64,000 nt of DNA from an uncultured Chloracidobacterium sp. (GCA_964592865.1 CAZQGN010000013.1:11426-75425), one strand, 5' to 3'. Positions 48,256-59,492 are shown, counted from the first letter of the stretch. Numbers and translations: made by a program. The notes: generated by a model from the letters alone, not told the origin.

Positions 48256-49950
48256 TTAATTACCTAGTTCCTGTTGTCTTTCCGGGCCGGTTGAGTCGAG
48301 GTGTGCCTTGGCGATCTCGAGAGCCGCAAAGATGTCGCCCGCGAAATTTCGACGGCCGACCGTTTCAACAAAGCCGCTCTTTCGCATCACGCGGTAAACG
48401 CTGCGGGAAACGGCCGAGAATATAAGCAGTTGGCCGTTCTCGCGGGCCTCGGCCGCGAGTTCCTCGAGCACGTGCACGCCGCTGGCGTCGATCGTCGGAA
48501 CCTGACGCATTCTGAGGATCAGGACCTTCGGTTTGGTGGCGACCACACGGATCGATTCTTTGAACTGCCGCACGGCCCCGAAAAACAGCGAACCGTAGAT
48601 CTCGAAAACCTCAACGCCCTTAGGGATCGAGACGCCCGACATGTCACGTGTCTGAAACTCTTCATCCTCGCGAAGATTTTCCGTTATGACGTCGACGTGC
48701 GTTTCGTTCGACATCTTTTGAAGGAACATAAATGCGGCGAGCAGTACGCCGACCTGGATGGCGACCGTCAATTCGATAAAAACGGTCAGTAGGAATGTGG
48801 CGAGCAGGACTGCGACGTCGGCACGGGGGCTCTTGAGCAAATGCGAAAATTCACGCCACTCACTCATGTTGTACGCGACGACGATGAGGATCGCGGCGAG
48901 TGTCGCCATCGGGATCATCGCCGCCCATTTACCGATCAATATCAGTACAAACAACAGGAATACGCAGTGGATGATCGCGGCAACGGGTGTTGAGCCGCCG
49001 CTCTTGATGTTTGTCGCCGTTCGAGCGATCGCACCGGTCGCGGGGATGCCGCCGAACATTACCGAGACGATATTGCCCGTTCCTTGGGCGATAAGTTCCA
49101 TGTTCGAGCGGTGCCGTGTGCCGGTCATGCCGTCCGCGACCACTGCCGCCAGCAGCGACTCGAGGCCGGCGAGGATCGCGATCGTCACGGCCGGCGAGAA
49201 CATCTGCTGGACAAGCGGCCATGTGACGACAGGGAAGTGAGGCGTCGGCAGCGTGTTCGGCACGCCGCCAAAACGCGACGCGATGGTGTCGACCGGTATT
49301 TGAAAATACTGTACGGCAAAGGTGACGGCGAGGATCGCCACCAGCGGGCCGGGCACTTTATGCGTGACTCGAGGCCATAGGACTATTATCAGCAGGGAAA
49401 CGGCACCGACCGCCAGGGTGTACAGATCAGCGATCGCGATGTGCCGCCCGTATTCGATCCACTTCTCGGTAAAGTCCGCCGGGACCTTTTCGAGCCGGAG
49501 CCCGAGAAAGTCGCTGACCTGCGACGAGAAAATGATCAATGCGATGCCCGAGGTGAAACCTATCACCACGGGATAGGGGACAAATTTGAGGAACGCACCC
49601 ATGCGGGCAAGCCCCATGGCGATCAGCAGAACGCCGGCGATGAGCGTAGCGACGACCAAACCGTCGTAACCGTATTTTTGGACGATGCCGTAAACGATGA
49701 CGATGAACGCCCCGGTCGGCCCGCTGATCTGGGCCCGCGATCCGCCCAGAACGGCGATCACAAATCCGGCAAAAATTGCCGTGTAAAGGCCCTGTTCGGG
49801 TTTGACGCCGGACGCTATAGCGAGCGCGATCGACAGCGGCAAAGCCACCACGCCGACCGTTAGACCGCCTAGCAGATCGCCCTGAAACTGCTTGAACGAA
49901 TAGCCTTCGCGAAGGACGGTAAGCAGTTTGGGTTCGAGCTTGCGGTGCAT
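48256..49950 (-). CDS. SulP-family anion transporter with C-terminal STAS domain
   Basis: N-terminal motif L.GD...G.TV..V.LP...A.A..SG, about 10-12 TM helices and a STAS tail. Confidence 0.85.
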   Translation of the reverse strand: MHRKLEPKLLTVLREGYSFKQFQGDLLGGLTVGVVALPLSIALAIASGVKPEQGLYTAIFAGFVIAVLGGSRAQISGPTGAFIVIVYGIVQKYGYDGLVVATLIAGVLLIAMGLARMGAFLKFVPYPVVIGFTSGIALIIFSSQVSDFLGLRLEKVPADFTEKWIEYGRHIAIADLYTLAVGAVSLLIIVLWPRVTHKVPGPLVAILAVTFAVQYFQIPVDTIASRFGGVPNTLPTPHFPVVTWPLVQQMFSPAVTIAILAGLESLLAAVVADGMTGTRHRSNMELIAQGTGNIVSVMFGGIPATGAIARTATNIKSGGSTPVAAIIHCVFLLFVLILIGKWAAMIPMATLAAILIVVAYNMSEWREFSHLLKSPRADVAVLLATFLLTVFIELTVAIQVGVLLAAFMFLQKMSNETHVDVITENLREDEEFQTRDMSGVSIPKGVEVFEIYGSLFFGAVRQFKESIRVVATKPKVLILRMRQVPTIDASGVHVLEELAAEARENGQLLIFSAVSRSVYRVMRKSGFVETVGRRNFAGDIFAALEIAKAHLDSTGPERQQELGN

Positions 49951-49959
49951 TTTTGGCCT

Positions 49960-50493
49960 TTATTTCTTTTCGACGCGGTCGCGGTAATAATCGTTGATAA
50001 AATCGCGCATCGCGAACTGCCACCAGCCGATCCCAAATTTCTCGGCCTCGTCGCCGGCGCGTTTGGCGTTCCAGCCGTCGTGTGTCATGCGATAAACGGC
50101 GATAACGGTCCCGGTGCGGTCAGATCCGCGTTTGCAGTGGATGAAAACGGGCTGGTTAGCGGCCGAATTTACTGCGGCGAGTATTTTTTCGATGTCGGAA
50201 ACGCCCGGGCGTGCCCAATTGTCGAGCGGTAAGTTGATGAACCGCATCCCGGCCCTTTCGACCAACGCATTTTCCTTCGAGGCCTTTTCGTCGTTATCGC
50301 GAAGGTCAATGACCGTCTTGATCCCGATCCGTTTCAACTCGGCAAATCCGGTTTCGCTCGGTTGGCCGCCGCGATAGAGGTTTTCGTTGACCTTGTAAAA
50401 ATTGGGCAGGTCGCGGCTCACTGTCGGGGTTTGGGCGGCGAGGCTGATCGCGAGTGCGGCGAAAACCGACAAAAGTGCTACGTAACGTCTCAT
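49960..50493 (-). CDS. Secreted Cys-based protein tyrosine/dual-specificity phosphatase-like protein
   Basis: Signal peptide and HCKRGSDRTG (CX5R P-loop). Confidence 0.75.
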   Translation of the reverse strand: MRRYVALLSVFAALAISLAAQTPTVSRDLPNFYKVNENLYRGGQPSETGFAELKRIGIKTVIDLRDNDEKASKENALVERAGMRFINLPLDNWARPGVSDIEKILAAVNSAANQPVFIHCKRGSDRTGTVIAVYRMTHDGWNAKRAGDEAEKFGIGWWQFAMRDFINDYYRDRVEKK

Positions 50494-51821
50494 TGCAGGA
50501 TCCTTGCGGCGACCTCACGGGAGTTCAGGCGAATCTCTTCGCCGCTGCTCATATTCTTTAGCTTTACGACGCCCGCGGCCCGCTCGTCGTCACCGAGAAC
50601 ACACACGAACGGGACACCGATCGAGTCGGCGTACTTGAACTGTTTGCCGAGCTTGTCCGCTTCGGGGTAGAGCGTGACCCGAATGCCGCTCCGACGAAGC
50701 TCGGTTGCGAGGGCGAGCGAATCGGAAACGGTCTCTTCATTCCAGATCGTTACCAATACGTCGGCCGGCGTCGATCCGGCGATCTCGGGCGGAAACATTC
50801 CGCGTTCTTCCATCACAACCAGTATCCGCTCAAGCCCCAACGAAAATCCGCAAGCCGGTATCTGTTCTTTGCCGAACATCCCGATCAACCCGTCATAACG
50901 ACCGCCGCCGCCGAGCGAACCGGCGAGGTCGGGAACGTTGATCTCCATGATCGTGCCCGTGTAGTACGAAAGCCCGCGAGCGAGCGACGGGTCGATCTTG
51001 ACCGGACGGTCGCCGCAAAGCCGCAGAACGGCGTCGAGGTCTGCGTTTGTCGAATTGCCGACAACGGCCGCGAGGAATTTGTCGGCTGAATTTTCAGCGA
51101 TCCCGCGATCGATCAGCTCTTTCCTAACGCCGTCGACGCCGATCTTATCGAGTTTATCTAACGCTACAAGTGCATCGGTTTCGCTTTCAATTCCGGCGTC
51201 GGCGACCATTTGCGAAAGCAGTTGTCGGTGATTGATGCGGACCGTGAAATCATTAAATCCGAGCCTGGTCAATATGTCGCATGCCGCCGAAATGATCTCG
51301 GCCTCGACGACCATCGAGTTCGAACCGATACAATCGACATCGCACTGGTAAAATTCGCGAAAACGGCCTTTGGCAGGGCGGTCGGCTCGCCAAACCGGTT
51401 GTATCTGGTATCTCTTGAAAAACTTTGGCAGGTCGTTCTTATTATTTGCCACAACGCGAGCGAGCGGAACGGTCAGATCGTAACGCAAAGCAAGGTCACA
51501 GAACTCTTTGGTCATAGCAACGGCGTAAGACGGGTCATTCTCTTCGAATTCGCCGTACATGCCATGTCTTGTAACGTTTGCAAACGCCCTCAGATTTGCG
51601 GCGAAACTATCGCCTCTCTTTAGTATCCTGAAAACAAGCTGATTGCCCTCATCGCCGTATTTGCCCATCAGGGTCTCAAGATTTTCGACGGCGGGCGTTT
51701 CGAGCGGTTCAAACCCGTATGATTCGTAAACTTCCTTGATAATACCGATGACGTAGTTGCGTTTGCGCACGTCTGCCGGAAGAAAATCGCGCATGCCTCG
51801 GGCAGGGTTGGTACTTGCCAT
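50490..51821 (-). CDS. hisS: Histidine--tRNA ligase
   Basis: ARGMRDFLP, FRYERPQ-like VWRADRPAKGRFREFYQ, and GGGRYD.L. Confidence 0.9.
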   Translation of the reverse strand: MASTNPARGMRDFLPADVRKRNYVIGIIKEVYESYGFEPLETPAVENLETLMGKYGDEGNQLVFRILKRGDSFAANLRAFANVTRHGMYGEFEENDPSYAVAMTKEFCDLALRYDLTVPLARVVANNKNDLPKFFKRYQIQPVWRADRPAKGRFREFYQCDVDCIGSNSMVVEAEIISAACDILTRLGFNDFTVRINHRQLLSQMVADAGIESETDALVALDKLDKIGVDGVRKELIDRGIAENSADKFLAAVVGNSTNADLDAVLRLCGDRPVKIDPSLARGLSYYTGTIMEINVPDLAGSLGGGGRYDGLIGMFGKEQIPACGFSLGLERILVVMEERGMFPPEIAGSTPADVLVTIWNEETVSDSLALATELRRSGIRVTLYPEADKLGKQFKYADSIGVPFVCVLGDDERAAGVVKLKNMSSGEEIRLNSREVAARILQ

Positions 51822-51871
51822 AAAGGATATATTACCGCAGAGAGGCGTAAGTCGACGAGAATCCAAGAAAG

Positions 51872-52384
51872 TTAATCCGATGCCAGATATACATTCTTAA
51901 GATCGACGTAGTTGCGCCACGACCTTTCGAGATACGCGAGTTCGTCATCGGTCAGTGCACGCTTTACACGAGCCGGCGAACCGATGACGAGTGATCCGGG
52001 CGGTATCTGCGTACCGGGCGTGAGCAAACTGCCGGCTCCGACAAGGGAGTTGGCTCCGACCCGAACGCCGTCCATCAGTATCGCTCCGATACCGATCAGG
52101 CAGCCGCGTTCGACGTGACAACCGTGCAGCGTGACGCGATGGCCGATCGTCACTTCATCCTCGACGACCGTGCAATGGGTCTTGGAACTGACGTGGATCA
52201 TCGTCATGTCCTGGACGTTCGAACGGGCACCGATGCGGATGTAATTGACGTCGCCGCGGATAACTGAACCGTACCAAACGCTCGAATCTTCGCCGATCTC
52301 GACATCGCCGATGATGATCGCGTCATCGGTAACGAAGACCGAATCGTGGATCTTGGGTCGGGTATTGATGAATGGCCTTATCAT
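51872..52384 (-). CDS. Gamma-carbonic-anhydrase-like hexapeptide (LbH) protein
   Basis: V.GDV.IG..SS.W...V.RGD...I.IG..SN.QD...H pattern. Confidence 0.8.
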   Translation of the reverse strand: MIRPFINTRPKIHDSVFVTDDAIIIGDVEIGEDSSVWYGSVIRGDVNYIRIGARSNVQDMTMIHVSSKTHCTVVEDEVTIGHRVTLHGCHVERGCLIGIGAILMDGVRVGANSLVGAGSLLTPGTQIPPGSLVIGSPARVKRALTDDELAYLERSWRNYVDLKNVYLASD

Positions 52385-52388
52385 TTAT

Positions 52389-54146
52389 CTATCGTGCGAG
52401 CTTGCGCCTGATCATGCCAAATGCCTGCTCCAGTTCCTTCACACGCAGCAGTTTGGCGACTATCACAAACGTAATGCCGCCGAGGGCGATCGGGACAAAT
52501 GCCTCGATCAAGTGATGTGCGAGCGTCGCCGAACCGAGCCGTACGTGAAGCAAATAGTAACTGGCATAACACGCCGCCGACATAAAGAGCGATGCGGCGG
52601 AAATTCGCAAAAATGATGCCGCGACCTCACGGCCGTTCAGCCGCTTGATCTTGCGCCGCATGAACCAGACCAGTGCGACAAAGTTGATCAGGGCAACGCA
52701 CGAGGTCGCCAGAGCGACGCCGACATGGCCGTAACCGTGCGGTGTGGCGGCCGTTACGCCGTATTGCGAGAGCCATTCGCGAAAAAAATAACTCCCGAGA
52801 GCGTTGACGCCGATCGAGGCGACGCCGATGATCATCGGCGTTTTGGCGTCGTTCATCGCGTAAAACGCCGGCGACAGCACCTTGATCGCCGCATAGCCGG
52901 CCAGGCCGACCGAGTATCCCGCGAGGGCAAACGCCGTCATTGTAGTGGCGGTCGCGTCAAACTTACCATGCTCGTAGATCAGCCGAACGATCGGTTCGCC
53001 CAGCACTATCAGGCCGCAGGCCGCAGGGATCGTCATCAAAAAGACGAGATTCATCGACTGTGACAGCGTGTCGCGAAAATCCTTCGTCCGGCCCTCACTT
53101 GCGAGTCGGGACAGCACGGGGATCGCCGCCGTCCCGATCGCGACGCCGAACAGCCCGATCGGAAACTGCATCAGCCGAAAGGAATAACTTAGCCAGCCCT
53201 GAGCTCCGTCGATGCCCGAGACGAAATAGGTGTTAATGAGGACGTTGATCTGGACCGCGGACGTCCCAAGGATGGCGGGCGTCATCAGCGCCATTACTCG
53301 TTTGAGGCCCTCGTCCGCAAAACTCAATGTCGGCAAAAAGCGAAAGCCGACCTTGTAGAGCGACGGGATCTGCATCAAAAATTGTGACGCTCCGCCGATC
53401 AAGGTTCCGATAGCCATGCCGATTATCGCCCATTGCGCCGCCGCTCCGGGAACGGCGTCCTTGTCCGTCGAACTGAACCATCCGCCGCCGCTTAGCCAGT
53501 ATGCAAGCCCGAGGCCGAAAATTATCGAGACGATGTTAAAGACCGTCGAGGCCGATGCCGGGATCCCGAATACGCCCTTGGTATTGAGTACGCCCATTGC
53601 GACCGCCGCCAAAGCGACGAGCAAAATGAACGGGAACATTATCTGCGTCAGCGTTGTCGCAAGCGCCGCCTTTTCAGGCGAAAAGCCATCAGCCACGAGG
53701 TCGACGAATTGCCGTGAAAAAATTACGCCGACGATGCAGATCACGCTCATAATGACCGCGAGGGCGTTAATGACAAGGCCGGCCAGATGCCAGGCTTCCT
53801 TTTCACTCTTGTTTATCTGGTAGTCGGTGAAAACCTTGACGAACGCCGCCGAAAGGGCACCTTCGGCGAAAAGGTCGCGGAGCACGTTCGGTATTCGAAA
53901 CGCCACGACGTAGGCGTCGTAAAGAAACCCGGCGCCGAAGAAAAAGGCGAATATCTGCTCCCGGATCAGCCCAAGAATACGCGAGAACATCACCGCGATC
54001 GATACGATCCCGGCTGATCGAGCGACACTCGTTTGTTTTGTCGACGGGGCAGGCCCGGCTTCGTCAGCTATGTCGTCAGCGTCGTCAGGTTCGGCCAGTG
54101 ATTCCGGCGATTCGGCAGTAGGTTGGTCCTCGATGATCTCACTCAT
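52389..54146 (-). CDS. murJ: Lipid II flippase MurJ
   Basis: MviN/MurJ N-terminal pattern SR.LG..RE...A..FGAG...DA...AFR.PN..R..FAEGA.S.AF. Confidence 0.85.
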   Translation of the reverse strand: MSEIIEDQPTAESPESLAEPDDADDIADEAGPAPSTKQTSVARSAGIVSIAVMFSRILGLIREQIFAFFFGAGFLYDAYVVAFRIPNVLRDLFAEGALSAAFVKVFTDYQINKSEKEAWHLAGLVINALAVIMSVICIVGVIFSRQFVDLVADGFSPEKAALATTLTQIMFPFILLVALAAVAMGVLNTKGVFGIPASASTVFNIVSIIFGLGLAYWLSGGGWFSSTDKDAVPGAAAQWAIIGMAIGTLIGGASQFLMQIPSLYKVGFRFLPTLSFADEGLKRVMALMTPAILGTSAVQINVLINTYFVSGIDGAQGWLSYSFRLMQFPIGLFGVAIGTAAIPVLSRLASEGRTKDFRDTLSQSMNLVFLMTIPAACGLIVLGEPIVRLIYEHGKFDATATTMTAFALAGYSVGLAGYAAIKVLSPAFYAMNDAKTPMIIGVASIGVNALGSYFFREWLSQYGVTAATPHGYGHVGVALATSCVALINFVALVWFMRRKIKRLNGREVAASFLRISAASLFMSAACYASYYLLHVRLGSATLAHHLIEAFVPIALGGITFVIVAKLLRVKELEQAFGMIRRKLAR

Positions 54147-54288
54147 TGGTCAGGTTGGGATTATCGCACGCAGAGGCGAAATACAAAAGCAAACCGGCGC
54201 TCGATAGGCGCCAAAAGGCGCGCGTTCGCGGCGGGCCTTGCTATGGGCCGACCAAGCGAGATCTCTAACAAGTCATTACCTGTACAGT

Positions 54289-55659
54289 TTACTGGCGTTG
54301 GTTGGGATAACTTATCCGCGTTCTTGCTATCCGGCTGTCGAGAGACGTCGGCGAGTACGCGATCGGGGCCGGGCCGCCAAATTGATTTTGGACGAGCGAG
54401 ACAAAGCTATTTTGAAATGCACGGAAACGGGCCACCGCTCCGCGTTGGTTAAAGATCACAAACAGGAACTTGCCGTTTCGGGTATTCAGTTCACCGGCCA
54501 GCGTGCTGGCGCCGCCGTCGGTGTTGGGCAGCGTCCCTGTTTTGCCGATCACGCTGCCGGTCGCAAAGTCTGAGTCGAAGCGGTTTTCAAGCGTGCCCTT
54601 GTCGATGCCCGCGACCGGCATAATGTCGGCGAATGTCATTTTGTATCGGGCCAGGTCGTCCTTCAAAACCCTGAGCAGACGCATCATCGCATTTGGCGTC
54701 ACGCGGTTGTAGCCAAGCCCGCTCGATGTCTGGAGCGAAAACTCGACCGGCTGTATGCCGGCATTCAGCTGCACGATGCGAGCAACGGCATAAGCACCGC
54801 CGAGCATATCGCCGAGCCGCTCGGCCAAAAAGTTGTTCGAATAACAAAGCGTGACCTTTAGGATCTCGCGCATCGGGGCCGATTCATGCGTGAATAGCAG
54901 GCTCAGGCTGCTCGGGATCGGCTGGACATAAAACGCCCCGGTGAAAGTCACGCCGGGCGTACCCTGAACCTCGCCAAAACGGCCTGAGTTTGAAAGGTAA
55001 TTTAGCCAAACGCGCGTCGCGGCGGCCGAACGTTTATTCGCGTCCATAGCCGCAAACAGTGTCTCGGCCGACTTGAGCGAAGAACCCGAGTAGTTCATCG
55101 CAAAATTATCGGTCGCGATCAGATCGCCGTTTATCGTGCGGATGCCGAGCCGGTTGAGTTCGTAGGCGATAGCGACCGCGTGCTCAAAACCGAACATCGG
55201 GTCACGGCCCGAAACATAAAGATTACCGTTGAGCGTCCCCGTCGAGCGGTCGAACGACCCGTCCGTATAGACGCTGGTCATAAAACGGAAATCCGGGCCG
55301 AAGGTCTTGAGAACAGCGTACGCGGTGGCGATCTTGACGTTCGACGCGGGATTAAAAGCCGCAGTCGAGTTGCTTTCGACCACTACATTGCCGTCCATCG
55401 ATTCGATCAGGATGCCTGAATATCCGGGCACAGCCACTTCGGCAAGCGCCGGGAATTTTGTCCGTATTCCGCCCGAAACCGGCGTCGAACTTCCGGTTCG
55501 CTGGACGAAGGGCGTGGCGGTCGGCACCGGCACCGGGTCGCGATAGATCTTGATGTCCTGAAGCAGCGGCGGCGTCTGTCCGGTTGCCGAAAGGGCGGCC
55601 GAAAGTATCACGATCAGCAGACTAAAATGCCATTTTAACTGTCTCAGGTGTCTTTTCAT
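54289..55659 (-). CDS. dacB: D-alanyl-D-alanine carboxypeptidase/endopeptidase (PBP4, S13)
   Basis: SxxK (PASNVK), SxN (YSNN), KTG (GKTGTL) and a signal peptide. Confidence 0.8.
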   Translation of the reverse strand: MKRHLRQLKWHFSLLIVILSAALSATGQTPPLLQDIKIYRDPVPVPTATPFVQRTGSSTPVSGGIRTKFPALAEVAVPGYSGILIESMDGNVVVESNSTAAFNPASNVKIATAYAVLKTFGPDFRFMTSVYTDGSFDRSTGTLNGNLYVSGRDPMFGFEHAVAIAYELNRLGIRTINGDLIATDNFAMNYSGSSLKSAETLFAAMDANKRSAAATRVWLNYLSNSGRFGEVQGTPGVTFTGAFYVQPIPSSLSLLFTHESAPMREILKVTLCYSNNFLAERLGDMLGGAYAVARIVQLNAGIQPVEFSLQTSSGLGYNRVTPNAMMRLLRVLKDDLARYKMTFADIMPVAGIDKGTLENRFDSDFATGSVIGKTGTLPNTDGGASTLAGELNTRNGKFLFVIFNQRGAVARFRAFQNSFVSLVQNQFGGPAPIAYSPTSLDSRIARTRISYPNQRQ

Positions 55660-55897
55660 TGATTACTTCTAGATATTATCAGCGGCGGCTATTGCCAGGC
55701 AGGTTGACCCAAAACTCATGATACCACACTTTCGACGAACCCTTGATAAGACATTTACCGCTGCGAATACGGCTGTCGTTATGATTCAAGAAAGCGACCG
55801 GATGGATGCAGTCAAAAGTCGGGCTTATGCATGCCATCCGGATTTGTTATACAACAAAACGGAAAGAAATGGAACGTTTTTTTTGGGAGATAGCGGG

Positions 55898-58405
55898 TTA
55901 TTGCAGCTGCTGCAGCTCGGCGACATCGTCAAATCGCCGCATTGGCTGGCGGATCATCGATTCGTTCTTGAGGTAAGAACACAGGTCCGAAAAATTCATC
56001 GGGGCGGCGAACAGGTAGCCCTGCCCGTATTCACAGCCGAGCGATCGCAGCGTGTTGAGTTGCGTTTCGGTCTCGATCCCTTCGGCGACGACCTGCAGGT
56101 CAAGGGTTTTTGCCAGCGTTACGATCGCACGAACGATCTCGTCGTTTCCGCCCTTGTCGTTGATCATATTGACGAACGAGCGGTCGATCTTTAGCGTGGT
56201 GATGGGGAGTTTCATCAGGTAGCTGAGATTTGAGTATCCCGTACCGAAATCATCGATGTTGATGTCGATCCCCGCGTCCCTCATCTGTTTGAGCATCTCT
56301 ATCGCCCTTGCCTGATGTTCGACAAAGACGCTTTCCGTTATCTCGAATTTAAGCAAATGCGGTGAGAATGAGTTTTCTTCGAGGATGCGCTCGATGTTGC
56401 GCACGAGCGATACCTGGGCAAATTGTTTGCACGAAAGATTGACGCTGAGTTTCGGCTTTTGGCCCTCGGGCATCACGTCCTGGATCGTACGGATCTCACG
56501 GCACGAGATCTGAAGAACATATTCGCAGAGGCGGTCGATCATTCCGATCTCCTCCGCGACGGGAATGAACTTGCTCGGCGAAATATTACCGAGTTCCGGA
56601 TGATTCCATCGGGCAAGCGATTCAAAACCCTCGATCTGGTCAGTTTCTAGCGAGTATATCGGCTGATAGACGACCGATAGTTCGGAACGTTCGATCGCGC
56701 GTCTCAGGTCGGTCTCGATCCGCAGAGTCTCGCGCGCGGCCTTAAACATTTTTTCGTCAAAAACCTCGTGGCGGGCCTTTCCGGCCCGTTTGGCCTGATA
56801 CATCGCGGTATCGGCGTCGCGCATTATGTCCTCGGACGTGCGGTGGCCCGACGAAGCGTGAAGAATGCCGATGCTGGCGGAACTGTAAACCTCGTTGCCG
56901 TTCAGTTCAAAGGGGATCCCGAATTTTGCCTGGATACGTTCGGCGATACGCGTGACCTCTTCGTCAATGTGGGTGCCCTCGACGAGGATAGTAAACTCGT
57001 CACCGCCGAGGCGAGCCACGAGGTCCGACGGCCGGAGACACTCGCGGAGCCTTTCGGAAATACCCATCAGCAGCATGTCGCCAGCCAGATGTCCGAGACT
57101 GTCATTTACGTATTTGAAGCGGTCGAGGTCAATAAACAGGATGCTGACCCGATAGTCTGGCGACAATTGGCGACGCTCAAGGGCCGATGTCAGACGAGCC
57201 ATGAACAGCGGGCGGTTCGGCAGGCCGGTCAGGGCGTCGTGGGTCGCTTCGTGCTGGAGTTTCTCTTCGGCGACCTTTTTGTGGGTGATGTCCTGGATCT
57301 GGAAGATCAGTCTCTGGTTCTCGACATTTCCGTCGCCGGCAGCGGAGACACTCCACGATGCCCACACGACGTCGCCGTTCTTATGAAAATAGCGGTGTTC
57401 CAACTGACAGCTCGCGATCTTGCCGGAGATCAGTTCGTGGAGTTTTACGAGCGTCGGGCCAAGGTCGTCCGGAACGATCATCGACTGAAAGTCCCGGGCC
57501 AAAAACTCCTCTTCCGAAAAACCGAGTATCTCGGTCAGGGCCCGGTTGACCTTGAGCCACGATCCGGTCGAACTGACGAGAGCAATGCCGATCGGGGCAT
57601 AGTTGAACGCACTTCGAAACCGCTCTTCGGACTCGCGCAGGGCGTCCGACTGAGCCTCCATCACCTTGGCGTACTGTTCCGCCTGTTCCGCCTGTTGGAT
57701 CGAGATCTCGACGTTCTTCATATACATCCTGTAGGAAAGATATACAAAGACCATCACCGGAAATGTAGCGAAGATAATACCGACGCCGATCGTGTCGGCG
57801 AGCTGGATCAGGATGCCTGCCCCGGCCGCGCCCACAAAGTACGAGAAAAATGTCCAAACGTATTTGGACTTCCAGGTTTCCCAGACCGGCAGGCCGCTCT
57901 TCAAGGCGTCATAGACGGTCGCGATCGCTGTATTGGCGACAAATTGTGCCAGGGCAATGACCGACAGTGCGATCACAAAATTTGCACGGTTATTCGTGTG
58001 TCCGTGGAAGATCTCCTCCTGATAAAGCGAAAGATAATTGAGTGTCACCACGACGAGCGATGTCGATACTGCCATCGTCGCGGCGTTGAAAAAGACGGTC
58101 AGCTTTTTGTTGCAAAATCGCCACGAGGAGCAAAAAGCCTCAAGCGCGGCGAGAATTATCGCAAATTCGCCTCCGTAAAGCAGCAATGTCAGGAATATGA
58201 ATGTGTCCGAGACTGCAATGTGCGATTTGAATCGCGGAATGGGGATCGTGATCCGCGACCCGAGCACGATCGTCAGGATAGCGAGCAGCATCAGGTAACC
58301 GTCCACCCGCTCGGTCGGCATCGTAAGACCCGCGGCGGCCAGGCAAGCCCCTCCGGCGAAGATGACGATCGAAATGTACCAGGCTGTAAGTCTCTTGCTG
58401 TTCAT
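55898..58405 (-). CDS. Membrane-anchored PAS-GGDEF-EAL c-di-GMP turnover protein
   Basis: About 6 TM helices at the N-terminus, a PAS segment, RLGGDEF, an EAL domain (ESLARW, DDFGTGYS, KID) and QGY.F. Confidence 0.85.
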   Translation of the reverse strand: MNSKRLTAWYISIVIFAGGACLAAAGLTMPTERVDGYLMLLAILTIVLGSRITIPIPRFKSHIAVSDTFIFLTLLLYGGEFAIILAALEAFCSSWRFCNKKLTVFFNAATMAVSTSLVVVTLNYLSLYQEEIFHGHTNNRANFVIALSVIALAQFVANTAIATVYDALKSGLPVWETWKSKYVWTFFSYFVGAAGAGILIQLADTIGVGIIFATFPVMVFVYLSYRMYMKNVEISIQQAEQAEQYAKVMEAQSDALRESEERFRSAFNYAPIGIALVSSTGSWLKVNRALTEILGFSEEEFLARDFQSMIVPDDLGPTLVKLHELISGKIASCQLEHRYFHKNGDVVWASWSVSAAGDGNVENQRLIFQIQDITHKKVAEEKLQHEATHDALTGLPNRPLFMARLTSALERRQLSPDYRVSILFIDLDRFKYVNDSLGHLAGDMLLMGISERLRECLRPSDLVARLGGDEFTILVEGTHIDEEVTRIAERIQAKFGIPFELNGNEVYSSASIGILHASSGHRTSEDIMRDADTAMYQAKRAGKARHEVFDEKMFKAARETLRIETDLRRAIERSELSVVYQPIYSLETDQIEGFESLARWNHPELGNISPSKFIPVAEEIGMIDRLCEYVLQISCREIRTIQDVMPEGQKPKLSVNLSCKQFAQVSLVRNIERILEENSFSPHLLKFEITESVFVEHQARAIEMLKQMRDAGIDINIDDFGTGYSNLSYLMKLPITTLKIDRSFVNMINDKGGNDEIVRAIVTLAKTLDLQVVAEGIETETQLNTLRSLGCEYGQGYLFAAPMNFSDLCSYLKNESMIRQPMRRFDDVAELQQLQ

Positions 58406-58510
58406 TAATGGGGTCGTGCAAAGACGGTCGCGGCCGTTGGCAGGTGGACAACTAACGAGGAAAACGTACGATCTGCGGGTTGCGGGAGACGCTCAGGGAA
58501 ATGCCGCACT

Positions 58511-58546
58511 AAAAGGCAAAAGCCGGGCCCGTCATTCGAGCCCAGC
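58511..58546 (-). terminator. Rho-independent terminator after GNAT copy 1
   Basis: On the minus-strand RNA: GCUGGGCUC-gaaugac-GGGCCCGGC (9-bp stem with two G:U pairs), followed by UUUUGCCUUUU. Confidence 0.6.
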
Positions 58547-58586
58547 TTATTATGCCTTAATTAAACATTGTTGTCCACTGTTATTT

Positions 58587-59492
58587 TTAGACGAACAACG
58601 TCACGCATTTGTCAGTAGCGCGGTATCCGGCCTTCTGAAAGCTCTTGTGAGCTCCCGCAAAATTGACGTTGCTTAGAAGGCAGATATGTTCTGCACGGCT
58701 GAGCAGTTCGAGCGTCAAGGCCGCGAGACATTTTGAGCCGATCCCGTTCCCACGAAACTCGGGTGCGACCCAGACGCCTTCGAGATAAATGACGTCAGGC
58801 GTCTCAGCAATAATATCTGCCTTGAATGCCAGTTTGCCATCGATCTTGACGCTGAATACACGTCCCATTTCGATGCGGCGCAGGACACGCTTGAGAAAAC
58901 CCTCGCGATCCCGAGCCATCGGATCAACACCGCATTCGATGAACGCGACCTCAGCCTGGGCTTCAGCGAGTTCGACGAGGTCGGCAGCGTTAGCTGTCTC
59001 GACGTTCCATTCGCATTTTTGGACGGCGAACGGAAATGCGGTCTCAAAGAGGAGTTCTTCACAGCGAAGTCGCGGGGCGGCGGCTGTCGTTGTGTAGCTG
59101 CTCCAGAATCGTTCGGCAGCGTCGCCGGACGACATTATCAGGTGGATCGGCCGGGCCGAGGTGCGGGCGGTAAATGCCAGTGCCTCGATGGCCTTTTCAG
59201 TACGGGCCTCGAACAGTGTCGAGTGTCCGATGAGTCCAACTCCCTCCAGTCTTCCTGCTTCATTCCTATAACCGTAGAATGTTCCTCGGTTGAGTTCGGT
59301 ATCGAAACCGTTGTCATGAATGAAACTCGTCATTACGACCGTGTGGACCGGGCGTTCCGCCAGGAACGCTAACGTCTCGGTACGCGATGATTCGTCGAGC
59401 ATAAAGACCCGCGAGAGGTCGGGCACAATGCCCAAGCTCCTGGTGTGCGGTACTGCGACTGTCGCAGTGCTCATTTGTGATTGGCGTAACAT
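58587..59492 (-). CDS. Two-domain GNAT-family N-acetyltransferase (copy 1)
   Basis: C-terminal GNAT core with the acetyl-CoA motif FRGNGIGSK. An N-terminal ~130-aa domain precedes it. Paralogue of 62405-63313. Confidence 0.75.
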   Translation of the reverse strand: MLRQSQMSTATVAVPHTRSLGIVPDLSRVFMLDESSRTETLAFLAERPVHTVVMTSFIHDNGFDTELNRGTFYGYRNEAGRLEGVGLIGHSTLFEARTEKAIEALAFTARTSARPIHLIMSSGDAAERFWSSYTTTAAAPRLRCEELLFETAFPFAVQKCEWNVETANAADLVELAEAQAEVAFIECGVDPMARDREGFLKRVLRRIEMGRVFSVKIDGKLAFKADIIAETPDVIYLEGVWVAPEFRGNGIGSKCLAALTLELLSRAEHICLLSNVNFAGAHKSFQKAGYRATDKCVTLFV